Virus record (IMG/VR): IMGVR_UViG_3300002220_000062
Location: 1-64,000 of that record
Length of the DNA stretch: 64,000 nucleotides
From: a virus
Taxonomy: Duplodnaviria; Caudoviricetes
Direction: 5' to 3' (one strand)
Shown here: positions 1 through 10,591 of the stretch, piece by piece
Numbering within the stretch: position 1 is the first letter of the stretch
How the letters are laid out: each line of letters opens with the position of its first letter
The notes under the pieces: model-generated
The model's input: only the letters and a program-made list of their open reading frames with translations
Told to the model about the DNA's origin: nothing
Database searches by the model: none
Position numbers and translations under genes: made by a program

Positions 1-420
1 TTCTTCTTCAGCACCAGAAATCAATCTGAACTGATAGTCATCTGGTCTATTACCAGCAATTACATGTACTTGACTAAAGTACTTTTCTCCGAAGACAAGT
101 TCAATAACTCCCCTTGCGGCACCTACACCAGTGTCACCTACTAATACAGTGGCTCCAGCAGCACGTGCTTCTACCAACGGTATATTTCGTTCATCACTAC
201 CTACTACTTTCCACACAAAATCATCAGAAGTTTCTAGAACTTTCTCAGGAAAAAGTGAGAGGGTAGTGTCTAGGTTTTTCATTCCAGAATTTTGTAAAAG
301 AACAGTTGTAAGCGGAGATACTAATTGAGGTTGACTACCAAAAATAGCACCAATGTGGTTTTTTAATGTTAAACCTGACCAAGATTGCCCCTTAGTCATT
401 ACAAACTTTCCTAAACTCAT
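1..420 (-). CDS. Major capsid protein, crAss-like (5' part; continues beyond window start)
   Basis: Not in the ORF track. Manual translation from ATG at 420: MSLGKFVMTKGQSWSGLTLKNHIGAIFGSQPQ...DDFVWKVVG, open to position 1. Resembles the crAss-like capsid N-terminus and sits in the usual TerL-portal-scaffold-MCP order. Confidence 0.85.
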   Translation of the reverse strand, partial: MSLGKFVMTKGQSWSGLTLKNHIGAIFGSQPQLVSPLTTVLLQNSGMKNLDTTLSLFPEKVLETSDDFVWKVVGSDERNIPLVEARAAGATVLVGDTGVGAARGVIELVFGEKYFSQVHVIAGNRPDDYQFRLISGAEEE

Positions 421-467
421 AATTTGTTAATTAAATTAATTTTTATTTATTATATTTACTTTTATTT

Positions 468-1592
468 TTAAAGTACAATTTCTGAACCTATACCTCCACT
501 ATAACTATTTGGGTCTGATAAATAAGCTGGTGTTGTCCCATCACTATCAAATTTCATTCCTTTTAAAGCTCGCTCTAATTCATTAGAGGCTTTAGTTTTA
601 GTTTTACTTTCTAACAAAGAGAAATCTTTAAATCCTTTTGTTATTTCGTATAGGTAATAAAGTTTGGTATCAAAGTCAATAGGATTTTCTCTCCTATCTT
701 TCATTAGTTGGTTTTCCATAACTCCATTTGAGTTCTTTCCAACAATCTTTGTAATACTTTGATAAACTCTATCTTGTGTTGCTTTATTTACTTTCTGACC
801 TTTAATAAATTCATCAGTATTGTAAATTGCATTTTTTAAATCATTATCTATTTTTTCTTGTTCTGCAGCAACTCTTCGAGAATCTGCTTCTCTTTGAGTA
901 ACTAAAGCTTCCATTCTCTTCGCCTCAGTTAATTTAAGGCTTCCTAATGATTCTTTAGCATCTTCTATTACAGAATCATCACCAGCATCAATTGAACGTT
1001 TTAAAAGCCTCATAGCTCTATTCTCATCCATTCCTTGTGCTAAGTAATCTTGATAGATAATTTTTTTACTTAATTCTATATCTTCTTCAATGACACTATC
1101 AGTAATTCCATCTAGTGTTAAAATATTATCTTGATGTTGTTGATATTCTGCTAGACTTACACCTTTTTCTAGAGCCTCATATCCATCTTGTCCTATTTTA
1201 GAAACAATGAAATTTTTAGCTTGGTTATCAATTTCATCTTTAACAACTTTAGCTAAATCATCTTCTGATTTAATTTCATTCTTTTCGAGGTCCAGCGAGG
1301 GCAATAAGCCTTGGCGGCTTAGAACAGATGCAAAGGAAGAATAAGGGTTGGGAGAAGAATCATCTATTTCTTCATCGCCCTCTGGCTCCTCATCTCCAAC
1401 TACGTCCTCTGGATTCTCATCCTCGTTGGTGTTTATATTATCTACATCATCTTTTGATGTATTTACAGGTGGTTGTACATCTGTATTAATTTCATCTTCT
1501 AGATACTCTTCTGGTATACCATCAAAGTTAATCTCTAGGTTATCTTGCATGTCAAATAAAGACATTCCCAAGTCTTCTTGTGTTCCTTCCAT
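468..1592 (-). CDS. Conserved crAss-like structural/scaffolding-type protein
   Basis: 374 aa, very acidic N-terminus and a coiled-coil-like middle; lies between portal and capsid genes. Confidence 0.65.
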   Translation of the reverse strand: MEGTQEDLGMSLFDMQDNLEINFDGIPEEYLEDEINTDVQPPVNTSKDDVDNINTNEDENPEDVVGDEEPEGDEEIDDSSPNPYSSFASVLSRQGLLPSLDLEKNEIKSEDDLAKVVKDEIDNQAKNFIVSKIGQDGYEALEKGVSLAEYQQHQDNILTLDGITDSVIEEDIELSKKIIYQDYLAQGMDENRAMRLLKRSIDAGDDSVIEDAKESLGSLKLTEAKRMEALVTQREADSRRVAAEQEKIDNDLKNAIYNTDEFIKGQKVNKATQDRVYQSITKIVGKNSNGVMENQLMKDRRENPIDFDTKLYYLYEITKGFKDFSLLESKTKTKASNELERALKGMKFDSDGTTPAYLSDPNSYSGGIGSEIVL

Positions 1593-1615
1593 AATATTTC
1601 TCCCTTAATAATTTA

Positions 1616-1646
1616 CAAATATAATAAATTTTATGACAAAAGTCAA
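1616..1646 (-). promoter_or_regulatory. Bacteroidota-type promoter (TTGAC-N18-TATATTTG)
   Basis: TAnnTTTG -7 box just upstream of the 468..1592 gene; same spacing as six other copies in the window. Confidence 0.6.
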
Positions 1647-1689
1647 TACTTTTTTGTGAAAATATTGACTTTGCCCATTTTTATAATAG

Positions 1690-4101
1690 CTATTTCTTTA
1701 CTGTAGCTTTCTGTCTCATAGCAGAAATTTTCTTCATTTCTACTTCCATTTGGTCTTTATGTTTACTCATGTCATTAGATAGTTCTCTTGATTTATTAAA
1801 ATTATCCATTAACATTTTCTCTCTATCAAGTGATAATTTTTCTTTATCAATTGTATCATCTACGCCATTACTATCATCATCACCCTCTTCAGCTTTTAAT
1901 GAAGCTTGTAATTCAGCAACATAACGTCTAGTTTCATTATCTCTAATATTTCTAGCTTCTTCTGCAGCTATTAATGCTTGTTGTAAAGCTATAGAGTCTG
2001 CTTGTGCTTGTTGTGCAATCTTATTTTGTTGTTCTTGAGATTGTGAATTACGTTGATGCATATCATCCTCTGCAATCTCAATCTTACGCCTCATATCTGA
2101 TAAACTAGGGCTAAAGTATATATCCATAATAGTAGAGAAACTTCCACCATTTTGTAAGAAAGCTTGTGCATGACCTTTAAGTGCTTGTTCAAGTTCTGTA
2201 GCTTTAGATGAACTAGTTGCTACTAATCCATACTCTGCTTCATTAAACTCTTCCCCCTCCATATTAAGTACCTCAATTGTTTGGTCGTCTAATATGTATT
2301 GTACTTTCTTATTATTACCTTTTAGTGCTACCTTAGCTGCTTGTAAGAATGCAGATAAAACTCTTAGTTTTACTTTCTCATGCCCTGCAAACCAAAACTC
2401 AGTAATATGAGATGATTGATTTACAGACCGTTCTACACCAGATGCAGTTTCATTTTGATGAATAGCTCCCTCACGTTGTTTCGTAACACCAGCTATCTCA
2501 CCCATTTCATTCTTAATGAACTCTAGTAACTGTACATGTTGTTGAATGTATGTACCAGTTTCCATATCCATTACCTTACCACTTTGTTGCATAGAACCTG
2601 CTAGTTTCCCAGTAGATGCTCCATGATTACCTTCCTTGAATGAATCAACTACAGCAATCTTATTAACAACAGCAAAGTGTAACCATTTATCTATTTCCCA
2701 GTTTTCTGGTACCTTAGCTAAATCTAGTTCAAATATTTTACCATAGTTAGTTGAAATAGCTTTATTCAATCTATCCCAAATAACATCATACATATATTGG
2801 TAATTTTTACACCTATCAATCAATGATACGGCTTTACCTTGATTGGTGTTATATACTTGTCCAATAATTCCTGCATGTCCTGTAGATGGATTATTCAGTG
2901 AGTTGAATTGAATTTTTCTAGGTCGCATATTAACATATATGTCTTCACCTATCTTAGTTCCTTCCCACCATTCATTAACCCAATAGATAGTGGCTTCTTC
3001 CCCCATTTCTTCATCTACAACATACTCTTCAGACATTATTTTATATTCCTCTTCTCCTAGTTCACTGTAGTACTTAACTTTTTTAATTTTCTTAAGTGAC
3101 TTCCAATAAACACGTAGGACTCTAATATTTCCATTTTCATCCGTATAGTTTGAATTAAAGTAATGACCATTAATTTCTGCTAAGTTAAAGAAGGTATCCA
3201 TACCACCACCAGTAAAGTCCATACCACCATTTGGTAAGGCATCTCTTAATAGTGTGTGATTATTATGGTCATCTGAATAACTACTTTTTGATGTCTTAGT
3301 ACTATAATCATTTATATAGTCTATATCAGCAGGTTTTAATTCATTGTAGTAATAATCTATAATTTTCCCAGGACTCCAATGGTCTTCTAGGATAATTAAA
3401 TTTGAGTCTTCTATTCTATCTGAATTACCAGACCTAATTGAATATACTTTTAATGGATTAAGTTTGTCTAATTTAGGTTCATCAGATACTATATCTACTT
3501 GATATATCTCCTCAGCCATTAATAGTGCATCCTTAAATCCTTTATTAAATAACATATCAAACTCTTGTTCAGCCCAATAATGTCTAAGTATTTGATTGGC
3601 CATTTTCTCACGAATATCCTGCCAGTCATACTTCATATATTTTTCTAACTCTGCCATTTTAGTCTTAAGTTCTTCTTCCTCATAATTGGATTGAAGATAC
3701 TCAGTTAACCTACGCATAAGTTCTTGTTTCTTTCCTTCTTCTTTCTTACTTACAGCATCAGGATTGATTACTATAACCTTCCAGTCAAATCTTCGTTTTG
3801 TCTCTTCCCCTACTAATAAATCTATTTTAGGAACTACTATAGGGTGATGAGGTATATTATCAGGCACAAAATTTGCATCCATATTGTATGGATTTACAAC
3901 TGCAGATAAATCTCTTACATCCACAATTCCATTATACAAATTTAAATTGATAATTTTATTTCTAAGCGTCTGTCTAACACTCTCACTATGATAGAAAGAA
4001 TGTGTATCAGCATGGTCCATATTATCTTTACGCCATTCTACTGTCTTATTAATAAAAGACAGACGTTGTGGTGGAAGAGGTATATTATTTATTCTTGCCA
4101 T
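1690..4101 (-). CDS. Portal protein
   Basis: 803 aa directly downstream of TerL; crAss portal-like motifs (PKIDLLVGEE, WVNEWWEGTKIG, GVTKQREG) and a coiled-coil C-terminus. Confidence 0.88.
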   Translation of the reverse strand: MARINNIPLPPQRLSFINKTVEWRKDNMDHADTHSFYHSESVRQTLRNKIINLNLYNGIVDVRDLSAVVNPYNMDANFVPDNIPHHPIVVPKIDLLVGEETKRRFDWKVIVINPDAVSKKEEGKKQELMRRLTEYLQSNYEEEELKTKMAELEKYMKYDWQDIREKMANQILRHYWAEQEFDMLFNKGFKDALLMAEEIYQVDIVSDEPKLDKLNPLKVYSIRSGNSDRIEDSNLIILEDHWSPGKIIDYYYNELKPADIDYINDYSTKTSKSSYSDDHNNHTLLRDALPNGGMDFTGGGMDTFFNLAEINGHYFNSNYTDENGNIRVLRVYWKSLKKIKKVKYYSELGEEEYKIMSEEYVVDEEMGEEATIYWVNEWWEGTKIGEDIYVNMRPRKIQFNSLNNPSTGHAGIIGQVYNTNQGKAVSLIDRCKNYQYMYDVIWDRLNKAISTNYGKIFELDLAKVPENWEIDKWLHFAVVNKIAVVDSFKEGNHGASTGKLAGSMQQSGKVMDMETGTYIQQHVQLLEFIKNEMGEIAGVTKQREGAIHQNETASGVERSVNQSSHITEFWFAGHEKVKLRVLSAFLQAAKVALKGNNKKVQYILDDQTIEVLNMEGEEFNEAEYGLVATSSSKATELEQALKGHAQAFLQNGGSFSTIMDIYFSPSLSDMRRKIEIAEDDMHQRNSQSQEQQNKIAQQAQADSIALQQALIAAEEARNIRDNETRRYVAELQASLKAEEGDDDSNGVDDTIDKEKLSLDREKMLMDNFNKSRELSNDMSKHKDQMEVEMKKISAMRQKATVKK

Positions 4102-4119
4102 ATCATTTAATTAAACTTA

Positions 4120-4150
4120 CAAATATACTACTTTTTTTTATTAAAGTCAA
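4120..4150 (-). promoter_or_regulatory. Bacteroidota-type promoter (TTGAC-N18-TATATTTG)
   Basis: -7 box upstream of the portal gene; same architecture as 1616..1646. Confidence 0.6.
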
Positions 4151-4193
4151 GTCATTCTTTATGAAATATAAAAAATGACTTGTTTCTTAATAG

Positions 4194-6473
4194 CTATTTG
4201 TTTACATTAAAAACATTTGTTTGATTATCATTTACTTGTGGAAAGTTTCTTCTAAAAAATGAATCTTCTGATAAAGACCTGGTTGGATTATTTTCATTAT
4301 TCTTAGCTGAAATAGTTCTCTTAGTTCTATCTTCTCTTAAAATAAATAACATAATTCCTGCAGATACCCTATCAAAGTTACCATCAGAGTTCCACTTTAT
4401 ACATTCTTCTATATATGCTAAACTACGAAGTCTATGAAGATTAAGTCTTGCGTCATCTTCATCACCGTGTGCTTTAACTAACATCCAGTCTGCTTGTAGT
4501 AATCTACCCCACTTGTTTATATCTTTATTAGCGTGAGTTCCCTTAGCTCTATTACCATATAGATTAGTTTGTTTAACAAAATCCATATCTTTTAGTATTT
4601 GGGGAGTATCAGCCAAGTAGTGTAGTGCATTAAATTTATCAAAGTAACTAAACAAACCTTTTAAGTTGCTCTCATAATTTGCTTCTGCATTATAGAACTT
4701 CAGTGTTCTTAATGCTATTTCATAAGCCTCATTTGCTGTTCTTGGTCTACCAGAATACTCTGCTACAATTCTATCAGTAAAAGTATCTAATACTAATATA
4801 CTAAATAATGAACCTCCAGCGTCAGCATCAATAGGGTCAATCCCTGCAATATACCTACCTCTTATAATCTGCCCCTCACCATTCTTACGTGGCATCTCAA
4901 ATATCTCAAGGCATCCAGTTCTATCTCCTGTAGAAATATCATATGAACGTAATGGAAATTTTGAAGCGGTAGGTCTCCAAACTATATCTCCTGTAGAATC
5001 TGCAATTAAATCACCTACATAATGTTCAGCAAGAAATGCTTCTCTCTTAACCATTATGTTTTCTAAATACTCCTTTAAGTCGGCTACTGGAAATACTGTT
5101 CCCTCTGTACGCATCACTGCCTCTTGAGGTGTCATTGGTTCCTCAGCTTTCTTCTGAGTAATAGCCCTAGCATCAGATGAACTATATTTTACTTGATACC
5201 TATCAAGACATATTTCAACCATTGCTTTGATTACATCTGGCTCACCATTAACAGGGTCATAACAATTATTCCTGTTTAAATATGCACCCCAGAAGAATCC
5301 ACATCCAGTGCTACCATCTGTATTCTTATCATAAACATTAGGAATACCAAAGATATTATATGCACCAGGATTATAAAATAGTTTTTCAGAACCCTCAAAT
5401 GAAGCCCCCTCTGTACCACCTGTACCACCTGCTAACATATAACCAGATGCTATTCCCCCATCTTCTACAGCTTTTCTATTTACGTTCCAAGCTTTTTCAA
5501 GATTAGGAAATAATCCATCTTCTTCATAATGTATAAATGGACCCCTGATACCCCTAGCCTTATCTGGATTATCCTTTAAGGATATACCAAATACTGAGGA
5601 TAAGAAACCACGTCTAGTACCATATTCATCTTCGTAACCTAATTGGACTTCCATAGCTCTTTTCCCATCTACTAATCTCATACGAGGTAGTGGTGTATTG
5701 TCAGCTATCCAGTCTAACGTATCTAGGATTTTACCCCATATACCTTTATCTCCAGATAAGAAACCTTTCTCAGATGCTAAATGGAAGTTTGGGTTACCAG
5801 ACCCTGGAAGAACATACATATTTCTAGGACTCCAAGCTGCTGCTTTAAATGAGAAACCTACACCCCTAGTCTTTAATAACTTTCCGTGTTGTCCAGCTTC
5901 TTTACCAGCATGTACATAGTGAAAGAATAAATAATCACCTAACCATACTTTAGGAAACTTTCTAACCCTTTCCCCTTTCTTTTTACCTTTAGTACCCTCA
6001 GCTTTTTCTACCAACCAAATTGGTGTGTAGTTCCAATAGAAGTAAAGTTCTCCAGGTATCCATTCACCATCTGGTCTTACTAATCCATGTTTCCATTTAT
6101 ACAATTCTTCTTTCCAGAACATTGCATACTCAGACTTAGGATTTCCATTTGGTATGATATTAGTATACTTACCATTCTTTTCAAAGAATATGGCTTGTTC
6201 CCTAAAGAAATCCATATCTTCTAATATGTGTGGATTATGTATATCTACAACCCTTCTACCATCTTCATAATCTACTTCTTTACCTGCTTCATTAGTATAA
6301 GTCATTATAGCTTTATTTGCTATAAATCCTCTTTCCTCTTCAGGTGCAATTAAGTTTTGTATAAATTTTACTGTTGATATATATTCTAAAATATCATCCC
6401 ATACTTCCTTAGGTAAAGATTTCTTTAACTCCTCAGTAATAGGGGTCTGATATGAATTCATTTTTATTTCCAT
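4194..6473 (-). CDS. terL: Terminase large subunit
   Basis: LKTRGVGFSF Walker A-like segment, YEEDG Walker B-like segment, GGTGG motif, RNase H-like nuclease domain (IAGIDP, NYESN, GNFDRVSA). Confidence 0.92.
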   Translation of the reverse strand: MEIKMNSYQTPITEELKKSLPKEVWDDILEYISTVKFIQNLIAPEEERGFIANKAIMTYTNEAGKEVDYEDGRRVVDIHNPHILEDMDFFREQAIFFEKNGKYTNIIPNGNPKSEYAMFWKEELYKWKHGLVRPDGEWIPGELYFYWNYTPIWLVEKAEGTKGKKKGERVRKFPKVWLGDYLFFHYVHAGKEAGQHGKLLKTRGVGFSFKAAAWSPRNMYVLPGSGNPNFHLASEKGFLSGDKGIWGKILDTLDWIADNTPLPRMRLVDGKRAMEVQLGYEDEYGTRRGFLSSVFGISLKDNPDKARGIRGPFIHYEEDGLFPNLEKAWNVNRKAVEDGGIASGYMLAGGTGGTEGASFEGSEKLFYNPGAYNIFGIPNVYDKNTDGSTGCGFFWGAYLNRNNCYDPVNGEPDVIKAMVEICLDRYQVKYSSSDARAITQKKAEEPMTPQEAVMRTEGTVFPVADLKEYLENIMVKREAFLAEHYVGDLIADSTGDIVWRPTASKFPLRSYDISTGDRTGCLEIFEMPRKNGEGQIIRGRYIAGIDPIDADAGGSLFSILVLDTFTDRIVAEYSGRPRTANEAYEIALRTLKFYNAEANYESNLKGLFSYFDKFNALHYLADTPQILKDMDFVKQTNLYGNRAKGTHANKDINKWGRLLQADWMLVKAHGDEDDARLNLHRLRSLAYIEECIKWNSDGNFDRVSAGIMLFILREDRTKRTISAKNNENNPTRSLSEDSFFRRNFPQVNDNQTNVFNVNK

Positions 6474-7924
6474 AAACGTTCATCTAATACTATAGCTTCA
6501 GTGCTTAAGATAGTTTTAGCTACAGAGATAGCATTTTGTAATGCACATCTAGTAACCTTTAATGGGTCAAGAATATTTAGTTCAAACATATCTGTAGTTG
6601 TATCCAGTAGATTAGTTCCAAATATCTTTTTATAAGGAGATACTAAACAGACATCAAATGGATGCATTCTTTCTTCAAGACTACGAACAGCTTTAATTAA
6701 TGCTACACCACCACCCTCTACAATTCCTTCTTCTAAGGCACATCGTACAGATAATGTAGCATCATCAATTCTATCCTTACGTTCTTTCATTTCAACCTCT
6801 GAATTACCACCTACTCTTATAATAGCTATCTTACCCATTAGGTTTTCAATACGCTCTTTCATTAAGTGTTTCTCACCATCACCCTCTAATGTTAAATAAG
6901 TTGATGTTAAGTCTTCTAGTCTTTCTTTAGCTGAATCTCCAGTATTTGTGAAGATAGATTTCTCTTTACCTATATGTACACTCTGTAACTTTCCTAATAC
7001 ATTTATGTCTGTATATTTTGTATTTGGGTTAAGTATAGTTGCTTGTGTATATATAGCTAAATCTTCCATTAAGTTTTTTCTATGCCCTGCAAAACCAGGT
7101 GATTTAACTAATGCAACCTTTAGTGCTCCTCTATTAAAATTATCTTTTAATATACCAACTATCTCTTCTGAAAAGTAATCAGCTACAATAACTAATGGTG
7201 TTTCTTTTACTTGTAGAAGTATCTTAGCAATATCTTCTAGTTTAAGTAACTTACCATTTATTAACATTATATGTGGCTCTTCATAAACTATAGTTTGTTC
7301 ACTACCTTTATTTACAAAAGCATTATCAACATATCCAGTTTTAAGTTCCATACCACTAATAGTGATAAGAACATCTTCACTTGTATTTCCTTCTTCTACT
7401 TTAACAATGTCAGAATGATTATATGCTCTTTGTATTAACTCTCCTATCTTCTTATCATTATTAGCTGATATAGTAGCTACATCAACAATATTCTGTTTCT
7501 CTAGCTTCTTTGATGAATTAACTAATCTTGTAATTACTTCTTCTTCTAAATTATCTAATGCTAACTTTAATGTACCATATGGAACTCCTTTATCTAACAA
7601 ATCAAACCCTTTTTGAATAAGGGATTGAGCTAAACAAATAGAAGTAGTAGTACCATCACCAGCTTGTTCTACTGTCTTCTGTGCTACTTGTTTTAATAGT
7701 GTAGCAGCTATATTCTCTGTTGGGTCATATAGTTTTACATAATTAGAAACAGATACACCATCTTTAGTTATATATGGTTCCCCATACCCATCTGCTATAA
7801 TAACAGTACTACCATTTGGTCCTAATGTTGTTATAACTACATTTGCTAGTTTATTAACTCCTGCTAATAACTTTATCTTTAATTCCTCACCCGACTTAAT
7901 CTCTTTACTCAAATCCATTCTCAA
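6464..7924 (-). CDS. groEL: Phage-encoded chaperonin GroEL (Cpn60)
   Basis: TLGPNG, ITKDGVSV, AGDGTTT, TISANND and GIVEGGGVAL motifs; 486 aa, no GGM tail. Confidence 0.95.
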   Translation of the reverse strand: MRMDLSKEIKSGEELKIKLLAGVNKLANVVITTLGPNGSTVIIADGYGEPYITKDGVSVSNYVKLYDPTENIAATLLKQVAQKTVEQAGDGTTTSICLAQSLIQKGFDLLDKGVPYGTLKLALDNLEEEVITRLVNSSKKLEKQNIVDVATISANNDKKIGELIQRAYNHSDIVKVEEGNTSEDVLITISGMELKTGYVDNAFVNKGSEQTIVYEEPHIMLINGKLLKLEDIAKILLQVKETPLVIVADYFSEEIVGILKDNFNRGALKVALVKSPGFAGHRKNLMEDLAIYTQATILNPNTKYTDINVLGKLQSVHIGKEKSIFTNTGDSAKERLEDLTSTYLTLEGDGEKHLMKERIENLMGKIAIIRVGGNSEVEMKERKDRIDDATLSVRCALEEGIVEGGGVALIKAVRSLEERMHPFDVCLVSPYKKIFGTNLLDTTTDMFELNILDPLKVTRCALQNAISVAKTILSTEAIVLDERLWK

Positions 7925-8462
7925 ATGTGTTAAAACTTTTACTCCCTTTTTTCTTATTTTCGTTATCTTCCTGTTCCTTAATAACCTCTTTATATGCAGC
8001 CTTTAAATCTGCCATTAGTTTAGGCATCCTACTGTTAGCAGAGGATATCTTTGCAATATCTATTACAGGTTTTCCATACTTATCTCTCTCTTCAAGTAGG
8101 GCCTTTGTGTTTTCTAGATAATCTCCTATATCACTTGCTGACTGATATGCTTGTCTGTATAATCTTTCAATAATAGTTTCAAATTTTGAGTATAAGGCTA
8201 TAGCAGCTTTTATATCATCATCCATAACCCAGTCTTCCCCTAATACATCAATATCTTTCTTAAGTTCTATTAATCTATCTGGTTCTGACATAGCTGTATA
8301 ATCAGACTTTATATCACACCAATAGTAAATAAAAAGCATCTCTGCGTGTGCCATTTGTTTACCTTTAGTCTTATCTCTATCAAGGAGTTTCTTAAACGCA
8401 GAAAGACCCCAGACTTCTTGTTCTAGGGTCAATTGCCAGTTTTTAAACTTAAATAGTTTCAT
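7905..8462 (-). CDS. Conserved crAss-like helical protein of the packaging operon (possible terminase small subunit)
   Basis: 185 aa, overlaps the groEL start; function guessed from position only. Confidence 0.4.
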   Translation of the reverse strand: MKLFKFKNWQLTLEQEVWGLSAFKKLLDRDKTKGKQMAHAEMLFIYYWCDIKSDYTAMSEPDRLIELKKDIDVLGEDWVMDDDIKAAIALYSKFETIIERLYRQAYQSASDIGDYLENTKALLEERDKYGKPVIDIAKISSANSRMPKLMADLKAAYKEVIKEQEDNENKKKGSKSFNTFENGFE

Positions 8463-8463
8463 T

Positions 8464-8652
8464 TTACTTTCCTTTTTTAGTAGATATATCTTCTACTAAT
8501 TCAGCTCTACTTTGATTAGCATCTACAAATCTAGCTAATACATCTAATGCTTGTGATACAATTGCTACATCCTTAGAACTTTTAAATGCTCCAGCACCTA
8601 GTCCTACATTGATTCCTTGATTTATAATATCAAGTGCTTGTTTTTCATTCAT
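8464..8652 (-). CDS. Hypothetical protein
   Basis: 62 aa, tightly packed in the operon. Confidence 0.5.
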   Translation of the reverse strand: MNEKQALDIINQGINVGLGAGAFKSSKDVAIVSQALDVLARFVDANQSRAELVEDISTKKGK

Positions 8653-8816
8653 CTTATTCTTCTTTATTATTAATTAAAAAATCTATTCTAAATATGAAAA
8701 ATCCTATTGAGAATATACTTACTTGTTCTTCTTTTAAATCTGGTAGCATTGCTACTGGTATATATTCCATTCCTAATAACCAATCATCACTAGGTAATGT
8801 AAAATATACTAGTACA

Positions 8817-9191
8817 TTAGTTCCTTTCATCTACTGCTAATATAAAACTGTCATTAATTATAGCGAACACTTTACCATCAACTTCAATTGGTTTTAACTT
8901 AATACTCCCAACTCTTTCATGACTGTTGTTATCCTCACTTCTAAATACCATCATCTTTTCTAAATCTAATAGTACTTTAACACCAGGTTTAATATCACCA
9001 TCTTTAGAAATAAAACTACCTGCTGCAATTACATATTGTGTTTCTGCAAATTGGCCATTATTTAATATCAACTCTCCATCTGGTTCTTCTGAGTTTACAG
9101 TAATAACTAAATTATTTCTGTGTGGTTTAATTGGAAAATTCTTAATCAGTTTCTGAACTTCCTTCCTTGTTAAATTTTGAATTTCTTCCAT
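8817..9191 (-). CDS. groES: GroES-like co-chaperonin
   Basis: IKPHRNNLVI...VIAAG...IKPGVKVLL...IEVDGKVFAIINDSFILAV follows the GroES pattern; close to groEL. Confidence 0.7.
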   Translation of the reverse strand: MEEIQNLTRKEVQKLIKNFPIKPHRNNLVITVNSEEPDGELILNNGQFAETQYVIAAGSFISKDGDIKPGVKVLLDLEKMMVFRSEDNNSHERVGSIKLKPIEVDGKVFAIINDSFILAVDERN

Positions 9192-9441
9192 TCTTCCTTT
9201 TGTTTAAAAAATTTATTAATGTTGTTCTGTTTAAATATAATCTCCCAAGTGATTTATATAAAAACGTGCTTTTTATATTATCTATGTCCATTCCCTCTTC
9301 TACTTTTACTTCACTTAATTTTTCTGCAGTAAATTCAAATTGAGAATTAACCATATTCTTTACTACTTCATCAGGTAAATTATATTTTAATCCTATTGTA
9401 TGAATAAGTCTATCAATTTTTATTTTGTTTACTTTATCCAT
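9142..9441 (-). CDS. HU/IHF-like DNA-binding protein
   Basis: 99 aa, two helices followed by FLYKSLGRLY; crAss-like phages carry IHF-like genes in this region. Confidence 0.5.
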   Translation of the reverse strand: MDKVNKIKIDRLIHTIGLKYNLPDEVVKNMVNSQFEFTAEKLSEVKVEEGMDIDNIKSTFLYKSLGRLYLNRTTLINFLNKRKNGRNSKFNKEGSSETD

Positions 9442-9817
9442 GTATAATATTAAAATTAAATATAATTACAAAATTTTTACTTCCTAGTTCTAATTGGGGT
9501 ATAAAAGTATTTACTATTTTATTTCCTACTATAATCTTCTGTTTACGTAGTTTTGTTAAAACATTTTGTAATACAGAATCTTTTATATTAAGTTCATCCT
9601 TTATAAGTTTTTTAGTTTCATAATCAAATACCATCTTCCAAACTATAGAAAGATTAGTAATATCATGTTTATACTTATAATGATAATATAATAATAATCC
9701 TAATACATTGGTCTCCTGTTTAGTTAAATGATGAAATGAATTTGTTATTTCTAACCACTTAATAAATAGATTCTTTAATTCAATATTTATATTAGCTTGT
9801 TTTATATTAGGCCTCAT
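9434..9817 (-). CDS. Winged-helix DNA-binding protein
   Basis: LTKQETNVL...IKDELNIKDSVLQNVLTKLRKQKII pattern. Confidence 0.5.
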   Translation of the reverse strand: MRPNIKQANINIELKNLFIKWLEITNSFHHLTKQETNVLGLLLYYHYKYKHDITNLSIVWKMVFDYETKKLIKDELNIKDSVLQNVLTKLRKQKIIVGNKIVNTFIPQLELGSKNFVIIFNFNIIHG

Positions 9818-10115
9818 CGTCCTTAGCTTTTAAATAATCATGAATAGTATTATAAATTACTAATTCATTAATAGTACCACATCTCATACAGATATCGTTC
9901 TCTACTTCATCATTTTCTATATAAAGACTATTGCAAAATTTACAAGCTACTACTGGTAACTCATCATAATCTATTTTAGTATTTTCCATCTTATTTATTA
10001 AATTAATAACATCATTCACATATTCCGTATCATATACTGGGAATGGAGCCATTGCGTTATAGTACTCTAAGTGTTTCTTTTCATCACTAAGTACTTTGAT
10101 TATTTTCTGGTTCAT
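9807..10115 (-). CDS. Zinc-ribbon protein
   Basis: CKFC...CMRCG motif pair. Confidence 0.6.
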   Translation of the reverse strand: MNQKIIKVLSDEKKHLEYYNAMAPFPVYDTEYVNDVINLINKMENTKIDYDELPVVACKFCNSLYIENDEVENDICMRCGTINELVIYNTIHDYLKAKDDEA

Positions 10116-10296
10116 GTTTTTCTATCTTTAAGTCAACCTTCCATTTATTGGTTGCTTCTTCTGTTTCATTGATTTGGATATCATATGTGTAGTGTGGATA
10201 TTTCTCCATAAATACTACCATTCTATTTTCAAACTCTTGTATCTCAGTAAGAGCATCCGTTAAACTATTTCTCTCTATTTGGTATTGCAATATCAT
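10087..10296 (-). CDS. Hypothetical protein
   Basis: Overlaps both neighbours in the operon. Confidence 0.5.
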   Translation of the reverse strand: MILQYQIERNSLTDALTEIQEFENRMVVFMEKYPHYTYDIQINETEEATNKWKVDLKIEKHEPENNQST

Positions 10297-10591
10297 TATC
10301 TTTTTTGTATTGTTCCCATTCTTCTTCTCCCATTAAATCTGGGAATTTCTCCCCACCATTACATGATTTAGTAGCGAACCATTTCCCTGGTAAACTACAT
10401 CCACAGTGTTCACATGTCATTGGACCTCCATCTGGGTGTCCTACAGTCATACAACTGTCACACTTAGATTCCCTAAAAAGAATCTGTTCTTTAGTGTAGT
10501 GAGGTAAACCTATAATTGAATCATATCCAATCCGTGAATACCCCTCTACAAAAGACCTAATATTACTTGGTGTTATCTGACTCAGTTTCAC
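10265..10591 (-). CDS. Cys-rich (zinc-binding) hypothetical protein
   Basis: CDSC...CEHCGC...SC motifs. Confidence 0.55.
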   Translation of the reverse strand: MKLSQITPSNIRSFVEGYSRIGYDSIIGLPHYTKEQILFRESKCDSCMTVGHPDGGPMTCEHCGCSLPGKWFATKSCNGGEKFPDLMGEEEWEQYKKDNDIAIPNREK

